Assembly: GCF_035594765.1 (NCBI RefSeq)
Contig: NC_085846.1
Location: 20,509,190 to 20,573,189, forward strand
Source of the DNA: Anolis carolinensis
Lineage: Eukaryota
DNA: 64,000 nt
Direction of reading: 5' to 3'
In this document: one piece after another, positions 36,765-48,452 of the stretch
How positions within the stretch are numbered: position 1 is the first letter of the stretch
Layout of the letters: each line of letters opens with the position of its first letter
Program-made: the position numbers and the translations under genes
Notes under the pieces: model-generated
Seen by the model: only the letters and a program-made list of their open reading frames with translations
What the model was told of the DNA's origin: nothing
Databases searched by the model: none

Positions 36765-37056
36765 CTCAGGCTGAATCTACATTGTCATATAATCAAATGA
36801 TCAAAGTAGATAATCCACAATTTATTCTTTGAACTGGATTATATGAGTCTACACTACCATGTAATCCAGTTAAAATCAGATAATATAGATTTTATATGGC
36901 AGTGTAGCTAGGGCAACAGGCTGGATCTACACTGCCATATAATCCAGTTTCTGAATCTAGATTTTCTGGATTATATGACTCTACACTGCCATATAATCTA
37001 GTTCAAATCAGATAATCTGGATTCAGAAACAGGATTATATGGCAGTGTAGATGGGG
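36765..37056. repeat. Tandem palindromic MITEs (ATCTACACTGCCATATAATCC...GGATTATATGGCAGTGTAGAT); relatives near 13510, 41200, 45090 and 45540
   Basis: Inverted repeats visible; multiple dispersed copies. Confidence 0.7.
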
Positions 37057-38061
37057 CTGCAACCTCAAAGGAATGCAATGGCACTCCTTCTGAACCAAGC
37101 TTGGGAAGAAAATCTTGTCATACTGCATGAATCAGAAATTACTCAACGGCTTATTAAAAAAACAATAATACATGATGTCACAGCAACCTACATTATACGT
37201 ACATTATACTGTCTGGTAGGGCAGAGGAACTGTCTGGCATGGCTGAGTTTGGGCCATGCAAGAGGGCTTGGCTCTGTCCAAAACTGGAACAGCATCTATA
37301 AACTATGGGATATGCCCCTTTCTTCAATTTGGGGTTTGGAGAGGTAAAAGAATAGGTGTTTTAAAGGCTACATTCCCTCACTTTCTAAATGAGGAGCTCT
37401 TCTCTGATTAGAATTTGGCACAGAGTACTAGTGGGTTGTAGTGATATTCTAGAACATCTTAGCTAATTGTGATGCCCAGTAAGGTAGATGAGGCTGCTGA
37501 CATACAGTTCATGTTGGTAAATTTCCCCTGGGAGGAGTGAGAAACACTCAAAATGTTTTATGATGAAAAAAGTAGTACAAAACTGGTTTTACATCTTGAG
37601 GCTTGATAGTTTTTGAGGATTCTGGCTGCACTCAAAGTCATTTTTTGTTTCTATAAAAACCCTGTGCAAAACCTTTATATTGAGTTAATAAAACAATCCT
37701 AATTCCTGTCTCTTGCATTTTCTTAGGGGTTGGTATAGCACCTCACAAAATATGGCCAATTCCGAACAGTGACTGAATTTCATGAAAAGATTATTTCTGC
37801 TCATCATAAATAGAATTCAGAAACTGCTTCGTATTAATCTTTTGAATGAAATGATGATACAAATTAGATTTCACCAAGTTTCTGTCATTTTCATGCATTT
37901 AGGTCAGTGAAATGTGAGTCCAGAAACCTATTTTCTTTTATTTACAACTATATCAGTAAAGTCTAAAGTCAGAAATATAACTTATTGCCTGTATCCTCCT
38001 AGTGCTGAGCTGTGACGGTGACCTCTGAGAGTAAAACTCCAGAAATGTACTTTGTTTCTTC

Positions 38062-38268
38062 TATATCTTTACTGCCAAACTATGCTTGCCACTCTTGGGA
38101 ACAAATCTCCAGAAGCTGGGGAGAAGGGTGAATAAGTCTTCTAAGAACTCTTATAAGGAGTGCTTCCTCATAAATCAAAAGGGAAGACATATATAAAGTG
38201 GAATGAATGTTTAGTGAAGTAAACAGCCTTAATACATTATAGAAGAAAAAATGGACATGAAGGTAAGA
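38062..38268 (+). promoter_or_regulatory. Putative OR promoter/first non-coding exon (for the OR at 41537)
   Basis: CTCTTGGGAA..TCCAGAAGC block; donor AAG|GTAAGA at 38263. Confidence 0.6.
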
Positions 38269-40056
38269 AAAACCTGTGTTTTGAAATCTTTTAGTTTATT
38301 TCAGTAGTTCCTAAAATGCCCCGATGCTGAAAACTAAATCAGATTTTCCTTTCCTTGTCTGTTATCTTTTAGTCTATTCCATAATTTTACTCTTATTCTT
38401 GTTTATCTCTGTGCTAATGATTTTGATATAGAATTGAGTAATTCATGTTGCAATGCAGAAACATTTTTAGATGTTTGCCACTGAATTCTTATTTACCTGG
38501 GTGTCAAACCCAGTGAATATATTATGCCTTAGAGAACACTGCTCAAATGAAATATGAAGCTTATGTTGAGACTGTCAGCTACAAGATTTTCAGAGGTTTC
38601 AAGATAGTCAGACTCCTTTTCATAACACAATTTATAGAGAGAAGATTTATGCATCACTGGACTATTGGTCTCTGAAAAAAAATAAAAGGGCATACTGATA
38701 ATACACGTATCGGTGGTTTAGTGTCCATTTTCATTTCACACTAGTTGATCAATAAACAATTGTGGAGTTTGTTTCCAAAAGGTACCAAATCCATCAGAAC
38801 ATATTTTACAGGAACAGGAAAAAACATGCTGAGGATATGCATTCTTCTGTTGCTATAAAATGTAATTTTCCGAGCCCTGTACTGAAGTGACTTGATACTT
38901 TAGATAGATCTGTACAGAATATTTTACTCTTACAACCGCATCATATGGGCAAAATTGCCTGCTGTATGCCGGTTCCTCTTCACTTTTGCCACGGAACCTG
39001 CTGGCTCCCATCCCACAATGCACATCTACTTCCAGTGGGGCTCTGTGGCAAAAGTGAAGAGGAACCAGTGTATGATAGGCAATTTTATCCTTCATTTTAT
39101 CCTTCATTTCCCTCTCGATAGTTATCTGTAGCAACTCCTGAATTGTCATTTGGTAATCTTTATTTCTTCTTTTTCAAAACCCTTTGTCTTCTTGAATCTA
39201 GGAAATCGCCTTGCTATTCACAAATGCCTTCTATCATGTCTGATAATTGACCCAACTGGTTCAACAGCACCTATAATGACTTACAATACCGGCCCAGGCT
39301 TTCAAACAAAGATAATTTTTGTCCTACATGAAGACATTGGAAAACTAGACTGGAACTTTAACCACAAACCTTTTTTGATGCCTATGAGCTACACCCATTC
39401 CTGCCCTTTATACCTTACTTATTTGCTACTTGCTTATTTACTTCTAACTAATCTCTGCCACATGGTATACCTGATCAGAGATCAGGAAGGGAAAAGAAGT
39501 AAAATCCTGCTCATCACTGGGAGAATCAATGATGATTGACTTCCATGAATATACTGGTGAGTTAGCACTTGACAGTAATCATCTGGTAAATGGTAATCTT
39601 GATTCAGCAGCAGTATCACAAGATTCACTATTTAAGTCACAAAGTATAGGGTGTCAAGATATGAGGAACAATTTGCCTAGGGAAGATGGGAGGTCAGATT
39701 CTTTTGGGGTACATAATAGTTTTATCAGTTTTTTAAAGACTGGATAACCAAGTATTCCTTTCCAATTATGATCAGTAATTTCTAAAACATAAAAGTAGAA
39801 GTTTTTACTGTTTCAGCACCAACTCTCACAATTTTGAGTAGTGTGGCAAAGTTTCTGCAGGTGCTTGATTTCTTTTTCTGAAATGTTCTGTAACAGCAGG
39901 GAAAAGATAAATTCCTGTAATTTTTTTATTACATTTGAATTTTTATCTGTAAACTACACTTAATTTTAGTCTTGGGGAAAAGGTAGAGTATAGATAAATG
40001 GAACAAACTGTGTATTTCTTTGTTGTTTGATGAGTACAATCCTTTTACATACATAA

Positions 40057-40161
40057 CTAGCTTTGCCCGGCCACGCATTGCTGTGGCAAAGTATGGTGGC
40101 ATGGGAAATATAGTCTTGAGGAATTGGTGGTAGTTATTTCATTACCCTTATATATATATAA
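40057..40161 (-). mobile_element. Very short Helitron derivative
   Basis: Minus strand ends GCCACAGCAATGCGTGGCCGGGCAAAGCTAG|T, like the element ending at 46540. Confidence 0.65.
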
Positions 40162-41536
40162 ATTATCAAGATCCTTTCTGCTCCAAGTAATGTTTTCATT
40201 ATGAACTATGAAAGCCTTATTGTTAGTTTCTGGACATCATTTTCACATTGATTGGGTTATAAGAATGTGATTGAGGAGGAATGTAGGAATTACTGAATAA
40301 TAGCGATTATGCATTGTGTATGTGTGGGGGGGATTTGTGTTACCACATTTGAATAACAACAACAACAACAACAACAACAACAATAACAACACTTTATTTA
40401 TATACCGCTCTATCTCCCCGAAGGGACTCGGGGTGGTTTCCAAGGTGCAAAACATCATACAAAACCCAACACAATAATACAACAGTTAAAACACAACAAT
40501 TTCAGTTAAAACCAGAGCCACACTCAGAGTCTTCAATCAAAAGAGTTAGGGCAATGCTGGCATAATTCGTTTTTAGAGATAGGTAAAAACTTATACGCAT
40601 ACCTTAGGAACAAGAGATGGATAGTGTACCAAGGTCTGATTTAGATAATGAGACTAATCTTGGTCAAAAACCTGCCAAAAGAATTGCTGCAGTGAGAGAC
40701 TCTAATGATTATCTATACTGTAGAATTAATGTGATTCTACCCCATGTTAACTACCAAATATGGAGTATTGGGAGTTCGAGTTTGCCGAGCCATCAGCACT
40801 ATTTGGTAAAGAAATTACAGCTCCCACAATTCCATAACATTGAACCATGCAGATAAAGTGGGGTCAAATTGCATTATTTCTACAGTGTAGATCCACTTTC
40901 AGCCTGTAGCTACTGTTGTATAATTGTAGCAGTTGGATACCACTTGAGCTGCCATGTGCTCCTCCTATTGAAACCTGAAGTTTTTAATGAGCATGAGTGG
41001 TTAGGATTTTCTAAGGGTTTTTGCTAATGACAGTATTACATCTCTGTGACAGAGAATTCTCAAATACTCAAAGAAAACAAATATCAGATTGTATATGGAA
41101 GATTTCTGACAGATAAAATGGTATTTGTGATGAGTAAATGTGCAGTATAGGTTAGACCCACTTTAGGTTGATTGTGTTCAAATATCTGGGAATCAGATAG
41201 GCTGCATTCATACTGCTATATCATACAGTTTGAAATTACATTATGAGGTCAGTGTAGACTCATATAATGCAGTTCAATGAGGTTAAATATGGGTCTACAC
41301 CAATCATAAAATGTACTTTCAAACTACATGATATCGTAATGTAGATCTAGTCCCAGTGTCTTGATATCATCCACATAGGATGTGAGTACAATCATAAGAA
41401 TAGCAGTATCAACAAATTATCAGCTTACAATTCATATTGTACATACCATACCACAATTTATTTGATACTCATTACAAGAATTGTCATTGTGCTTCCTTCT
41501 TCCATAGGGGGCCTATATTCTGAAGAACAAACTCCA

Positions 41537-42478
41537 ATGAATAAATCCACTCTCTCTGGGTTTCTTCTCCTGGAATTCTCAGACGTTTGGGAGCTGCAAA
41601 TTCTACACTTTATTCTGTTTCTCATTTTTTACCTGACAGCAACAACTGCGAATCTTCTCATTGTATCTGCAATAACCTCTGACTATCACTTGCATATTCC
41701 CATGTACTTCCTTCTAATGAACTTGGCCATACAGGATGTGGGACAAATTTCAGTCATTTTCCCTGCTTCCATGGCTAATTCCCTTATGAATGATAGTCAC
41801 ATTTCTTATTCTGGATGTATTGCTCAAGTACTGTTCCATGTATTCTTTATATCATCTGATTACTTTCTTCTGACAGTCATGGCCTATGATCGGTATGTTG
41901 CCATTTGTACTCCATTACAGTATGAGATGGTGATGAATAGGCATACCTGCCTTCAGATGGTTATGGCTGTATGGATTATTAGTTTGTTTTATGCAGTGTT
42001 ACACACTGTAGGCACATTTTCGCCTGCCTTTTGCTCCAATGTTGTCAATCAATTTTTTTGTGAAATCCCACACTTACTTAGGCTTGTGTGCTCTAAGTTG
42101 TACCTGATTGAAATTGGAATTCTTTTGCTGAGTGCTGTGGTTGCAGCAGGCTGTTTTGTGTTCATTATTGTGACCTATGTGCACATCTTTACTGTTGTCA
42201 TGAGATTTCCTGCTGGTCAGGGAAGGAAAAGAACATTCTCAACTTGTCTCCCCCATCTCACTGTTTTTTCTGTATTTATATTTACTTCATATCTAGCATA
42301 CTACAAGCCTGCCTCTGATTCTTCATCACTCCTCGATTTGGCAGTGACCATGATATATTCTATGGTTCCACCCTTGATGAATCCACTCATCTATAGCATA
42401 AGAAACAAGGAGATAAAAAATGCTCTGAAAAAACTGATATTTACATATAACAGAAAGTTATTAATGTTAATGTCCTGA
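41537..42478 (+). CDS. Olfactory receptor (family 14-like), intact, 313 aa
   Basis: NKS sequon, LHIPMYF, MAYDRYVAIC, RTFSTC, PPLMNPLIYSIRN; acceptor CTTCCTTCTTCCATAG ending at 41507. Confidence 0.96.
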   Translation: MNKSTLSGFLLLEFSDVWELQILHFILFLIFYLTATTANLLIVSAITSDYHLHIPMYFLLMNLAIQDVGQISVIFPASMANSLMNDSHISYSGCIAQVLFHVFFISSDYFLLTVMAYDRYVAICTPLQYEMVMNRHTCLQMVMAVWIISLFYAVLHTVGTFSPAFCSNVVNQFFCEIPHLLRLVCSKLYLIEIGILLLSAVVAAGCFVFIIVTYVHIFTVVMRFPAGQGRKRTFSTCLPHLTVFSVFIFTSYLAYYKPASDSSSLLDLAVTMIYSMVPPLMNPLIYSIRNKEIKNALKKLIFTYNRKLLMLMS

Positions 42479-42983
42479 TTGTTGACCAACCTCCCAAATC
42501 ATGGAACAGCCCTTTTTTGTTATTTCAAAAATTTGTCAGAACTTGAACTTTTCCACATGGTCACAGTAAAGTCTGTCTCATTGTTCTGTTGTTGTAAACC
42601 ACAGTATCAGCAGGAGCAATATAACAATAATGCATATTAGGAGTGCATAGATAAAGCCATATTTATTTATGACATGTAAGAGCTGTTAGAGTTCAACCAC
42701 ATCATGTCCAAATCAATAGCCCCAATCAAGGAAATAAATAGGCAGGAAACAGGTTAGGCTAGGGAAACGTTTCCCTCATTCCTCTCTTTGAATGTCCATT
42801 TGTCTCTGTCTGTCTTTCTCATTCTCTATCCCCTCCTCACATCTATTAATTCCCAGGTTGCATGATCTTTGTTTCAAGTTCCCACAAATGACCTCATGCT
42901 TTCTCTTTTTCTCTTCAGGTTTTTGCGTTAGAGTTGATGTAGTCTGATGACCTCATCAGACGAGGCTTTTTTTTAAAGCATCC

Positions 42984-44113
42984 TATGACGCTTCCCTGCC
43001 AGTCCAGAGATGAATGGGCAGGCTATCTATTACATGACATTGCTGGACTTCCGGTGGAGGCCCTGCTCACAACTAGAGTGGGAGTGACCCTTCCTTTACA
43101 ACATGGGACCCTTCCAGTGTTGTGCTGTCTCCAAAGGAGCCAGCAAATTATCTGCACTGCTTTGGCGATGCTTCCCCCATGTGATGGGGGAAGTGTTGCT
43201 ATGATGAAGTGGCATGTGAGGCAACAGAGTCGTCCCCCATCCCCGTTGTTTCACCACAGAGGCTGGTGAAACAGCATTGGATAGAGGAGTCCCTGGTGTT
43301 CTGTCTCCCAGGGGTTTGATTTGCATTCTCCCATGGTTGCAGGGAATAGCACCCTTTTTTGCATTTCTTCCAGGACTGTTGCAGATTCTGCAGCACCCTG
43401 ATAGTTAACCATTAACAGAGTTTGTAGCCAGCTCAGCAAAGTCTTTGCTGCTGTAGGCTTGCAAAGTATCTTTTTGTTCTGGAGAACGCCCCTTTTCCTG
43501 GGGAAAAGGGCTCCATTTTGAGAAGCCTTTTGCCTTCTAGACAGAAGAGAAAAGAACTCAGATGTGCTTGTGAGGTCAAGCCAGGCCAGCTCAGACAAGC
43601 CATCATAAGTCCTAACCTCTGCCTTTAAAACTGGTGCTGAGTTTGGATAGGGAAAGACCTGGTCTTTCTAAAAATAGTAACTCAGCACTGGGACAGAGAA
43701 TATCCCAGGATTTCTTTGCCATTGGAAGAAGCTCCAACTACTTCGTCTCCAAGCTAGCTTTGAGCTTAGATAGTGAAAGACCCGCTCTTTTTGATATAGC
43801 AGCTCAGGGCTAGGGTAGAGAGGATCTCAGGATCTCTTCGCCTTTGGAAGAAGTTAACCCAGCAACTAAAAGGAAAAGTAAGAAAGGAACATCTGCAAGG
43901 TTTTATAAGTTGACTATTTGTATTTGTAACCTCAACAATTTGTGCCAAGTCTGCCAAGGACTTTGAGAAAATAAAATCTTGTTTGATTGTTCAACTTGAA
44001 GTGACTTTGGTTACTGGGATTTCTGAGCTTCAAAGTAAGGCCCCCGCAGTTCACCCGGGCAAAGAAAGAAGCACATCTTAAAGCTCTAAAAGGTGCCTGG
44101 GTGTGACGGCATA
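42984..44113 (+). mobile_element. Probable older solo LTR
   Basis: TATGACG...GTGACGGCATA termini resemble the 2289 family ends; AATAAA near 43970; no TSD found. Confidence 0.5.
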
Positions 44114-45205
44114 GATGGCCTTTATGTAATTGCCAGAAAACATATTCTTTTTAGAGCTTACAAGTAGACCTCATTGTAAGGGTTGTCCTTCTATTTTTAT
44201 TTAAGCTGAACCAGAGTCCAAAAAATTATGTATGCTGAGATATGAGCTCATAAAGATATAAATGTTCATTGTCATTTTTATTGTTAATATATGGTGGTAA
44301 AGCCATGTGCTGAAAAAAATATTCCACTAGACATGTGTTAGCTGGACAAGCAATGAGGAGTTAATTGTTCAGTGTGGAGGCTCAACTAAGAATGGCCATG
44401 CATGCAACATGTCCAGCTGTGTCATGGTGACAAGCCTAGAGGTAATTCCCTGGGCTGGACCCTAAGGAGGGGCCAATGGGTATTTAAGCTGGAAACTATG
44501 TGTATTCTGTCTCTTGCTCATCATTTCTCTTTGGTCTCTCTAACCTCTCATCATTAGTTATTTGTGCTGTAAGTATTGTTAAGTAACCAAGTAACAGAAT
44601 AAGAAATAAAACTTGCCATCAAAGCCTCTTGATTGAAGAAGTTTGTTCCAGAGTGTTTAATTAAAGCAGTAGCGAGATAGATAAACTTTTGCAACCCCAA
44701 TCAAATAAGGCACAGATGAAAGCAGGCTGGATAATTTTGTACACATTCCTCAGAAACATTCACTTTGGGTGCTGCAGATTAAACTGGGGATCGACTGAAG
44801 CCCACACACTTGGACCCCTGACACTGAATGCATACATGTTAATTTTACAGAGAAATACATAGCAAAGTGACAGCAATTCTTTGATTTGTTTACTGGATAT
44901 AAAACAAACTTCTTAATGGCAAATTCCTCTTGCCAACTCTGCAAGTCATTAATGTTGACATTCCCTTTTTGCCATTTTGAAGACTTATAAATTAGGAATT
45001 TTAATAAAATCAGCTGGATGGTACTGATTCACAACACGTTCAGAACGATGTGGCTGGATACAAAGATCAGCCAGCAGATCAGATATGGGCACCATCTCCA
45101 CTGCCATACAATGCAGTTTCAAACTGTTATGCGCTCAGTGTAGACTCCCATAATGTAGTTGCACTGAGCTGCATTTATATGGCAGTATAGACTGTTATAG
45201 ATTGG

Positions 45206-45530
45206 GGCCCCTGGTGGCACAGTGTGTTAAAGCGCTAAGCTGCTGAACTTGCGGACCAAAAGGTCCCAGGTTCAAATCTCAGGAGTGGAATGAGCGCCCG
45301 CTGTTGCTCCAGCTCCTGCCAACCTAGCAGTTCAAAAACATGCAAATGTGAGTAGATCAATAGGTACGGCTCCAGTGGGAAGGTAACGGTGCTCCATGCA
45401 GTCATGCCGGCCACATGACCTTGGAGGTGTCTACAGACAATGCCGGCTCTTCGGCTTAGAAATGGAGATGAGCACCAACCCCCAGAGTCAGTCACGACTG
45501 GACTTAATGTCAGGGGAAACCTTTACCTTT
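45206..45530 (+). mobile_element. Full-length Sauria SINE
   Basis: tRNA-like head (GGTGGCACAGTG A box, GGTTCAAATC B box), conserved body, ACCTTT tail. Confidence 0.9.
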
Positions 45531-45624
45531 ATCTATAGACTGTTATATGCTCAGTATAGACCCATGTAATGCAGTTTAACTGCACTGAACTGCATTATAT
45601 GAGTCTACACTGACCATATAATAA

Positions 45625-46540
45625 TCTCTCTATATAAATTTGTTCTGACCATTTCTACTTTAATCAAAACAGCGAAACTACACATCCCAGAACCATGAAA
45701 CTTGGCCACAAAAGACATGGTCCTCCCTGCTGTGTTTAGACAGCAAAAAAACCAAACCAAAACAAAACAAAACAAACAAACTGCAAGTCCTTCAAAAGCC
45801 CAAAAACAGAGAAACTCAATGAGTGCATGCAGCGAGCAGCTCCCATCCTTGCAAAACAGACTTGCATGCAAGGGACCTGCGCACAACCATCCCAACCGTC
45901 GGGAAAGCCGGACTGCATGATGCAAGGGACAAGGACAATCTTTTCAAGCTTTAAAAACATTTCCGTCAGGAACACAGCAAAAAACCCCAAAAAAACATAG
46001 GGAGGTAGGGCGGCCCTTCTCCTAACTCCTTCTCAGAAACACTGCAAGTTACAGTTCACCTATAACTTGGAACACAGACCCAACATGGCCAACTGTAAAT
46101 ATTGAGGGGGTGTTGAGGGGGATTGAACCAACATTTTTGGGGAATAGTAGTCCACCCATATCCTTCATATTATTAATGAATATCATTGCTATTGCTTACA
46201 GCACCTTGGCGGACGGGCCTTCTACTGAGCCCTGTCTTCTCCTGGTCCCTCTTCAACTCCCTGGCCAGGAAGAGAGGGGCTTCAATCAGGGCCAGATAAG
46301 ACCTCCAAACAAAGGATTCCCCAAGGGAGGAGGCAGCCAGTCTTAGAACGTGTGAGGCCATTACATGCTAATCAAAGTGACAATAACAGCATGCATACCT
46401 GCCACAACGAGACTATTCATTGTATTCTAGCTCACCAAACTAGGATTCTCTTAGGAAGAAAACACCCAGGCTATAAGGCTGCAAGGCTATTCACTGCTAT
46501 TCCACTTCAGCCACAGCAAAGCGTGGCCAGGCACAGCTAG
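45625..46540 (+). mobile_element. Non-autonomous Helitron containing Penelope-derived segments
   Basis: A|TC start, 3' hairpin GCCAC..GTGGC, CTAG|T end, no TSD. Confidence 0.75.
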
Positions 46541-47043
46541 TACAATATATAGTATGACCCTCTAATCCACAGAGAATACTTCCAAGGCACTTCATGGATA
46601 CCTGCAGCTATGGATAACAGTGAACCCTATATTTAGATCACACTTGGATTGGAAGCATGAGATAGGGTCACACTGGATGACCTAGGGCCCATCCAGACAG
46701 CCCACATCCTAGGAACCCTCACATTTTTTTACTGGAGGTATCCAAATCTGCTTTATACTGAAAATCCTGCTTTATACTGAATTAATTTGATAGCCCATTA
46801 GAACCATACCTTTATGAAAGGCCTGGGTCTAATGAGTTACGGCTCTGTGTGGACAGGCCTACAAAGAGTCCTGGGACTACCCATGGGGCTGTCCAGACAT
46901 CTATCTCACACCTTTTGGGCTCCTGGAGCCAAGAGATGTGAGATGGCTCCCACCCCCTCTCCAACCCGCCCCCCACAAAACCCTAAAAAATAAAAAGTAA
47001 TTTGCTGGGAGTCATTATATGGACAAGAAACAATCAGGGCCAG

Positions 47044-47739
47044 TGTGCCGTCGTGCCTGGGGCTATAGCTCTTCGTGAAAGAGGCATGGACGTGACATCT
47101 TTCCCCAGGGGATTGCCCTCCTTTAGGGAAACTGGAACTCCCAAGGACCAAAACACTGTAGATAACTCAAAAACTGGGTTTATTGTCCACAAAGGGGTAA
47201 AAGAAAATATACATTACAGTCTTTGGTTGTTTTAAGTTCAAGGAGTTCTGAAGCTGTGAAGCTTTTCCAGTTCCCTCTTTCTCTGGCTGTGAATGCCGGA
47301 GCAAACTCAGCCTCAGTCCAATGACCTATGTCTGAAGACACAGTCTTCCTCTGTTGCCAAAGGACTGATTTGAAGGCGCTTGAGACTCCTCAACGTCGTT
47401 CAGGTTGGCCCTGAACATGAAGCGTAGGTCTCAAGGGTAAGAACCTCAGAATTGGTGCTGAGAGGTAACTTTTCAAGGGCTTTCAGAGCCAAGTCTCTCT
47501 TCACGTCCATCTGGTAGAGAACTTGCTGGTGGAATGAAAGGAGGAAACACTGTCCTACTCCAGGAAGAGGTGGAGCCAAACAGTTGAGCTGAGTGAGCAA
47601 TATAACAGGTGCAAACAATATTGATTGACAGATATAAATAACCAATCCAACTACATTTACAGGGTAAGGGCAAAATCAGACAATTCAAATCTTGCAACTT
47701 ATAGTTTGACATATAGATGGCGCCACTCGCGCCGTCACA
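47044..47739 (-). mobile_element. Solo LTR (696 bp), same family as 2289-2986
   Basis: TGTG...CACA termini; 5-bp TSD GCCAG (47039-47043 / 47740-47744). Confidence 0.92.
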
Positions 47740-48030
47740 GCCAGCTAATGCTTCTCCACCAAGGATTCCCACAGGCAGAAAGCAGCCAGGCTTTGAATCT
47801 GCAAGGCTATTCAGTGTTAATCAAGCTGGCTAATTGCAACATTCACACTTGCCTTAAACAGTGAAGAGTTCTTTCTCTCACTCTGGACATTCCACAAACA
47901 TATAAACCCCACTTGCCTAGTTTCCAACAAACCTCACAACCGCTGAGAACGCCTGCCATAGATGTGGGTGAAACATCAGGAAAGAATGCCTCTGGAACAC
48001 AGCCATACAGCCTGGAAAACTCACCACAAT
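47740..48030 (+). mobile_element. Penelope pLTR fragment (interrupted by the solo LTR)
   Basis: Reverse complement of 62770-63030; degenerate hammerhead at ~47941-47980. Confidence 0.8.
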
Positions 48031-48230
48031 GAAGGAAATGTCCTTTTTCTTGCTAATTTGTAGAACAGTGCATGGACCACTTTGAAAGGACACTTGCCAT
48101 TGTACATTATTACTGTGTATGTGTGTGTGTGGCTGCTTCCCCTTTGAAACAATGATGGCTACATAAAGTGATTTTCATATGTTTAAACTAACAACTTAGT
48201 AATCAGTCCAGAAACACATATTTTTTCTAA

Positions 48231-48452
48231 TACACCTTTACTGCTGAATCATGATGATAATTACCCCTGGGAGCAAACCTCCAGAAGCTCAAGCGATAAA
48301 AACGAATAGATCTTCCCCATTAGAGAACAAATACTTCATAAAAGGTGTAGATCAAAGTGGAGAAGGATATTTACAAAGTGGCATGAGTGATGTCTAGACA
48401 GAGTTGCAGGTGTGTAACACTATTGGAGAAGAAGGTATCTCTGAAGGTAAGA
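48231..48452 (+). promoter_or_regulatory. Putative OR promoter/first non-coding exon (for the OR at 50210)
   Basis: TAATTA (48258-48263) abutting O/E-like CCCCTGGGAG (48264-48273); donor AAG|GTAAGA at 48447. Confidence 0.65.

Noticed and set aside
44282-44700. Possible small solo LTR (CCAAT, TATTTAA, AATAAA in order)
   Set aside because: Could not identify TG..CA termini with a TSD.
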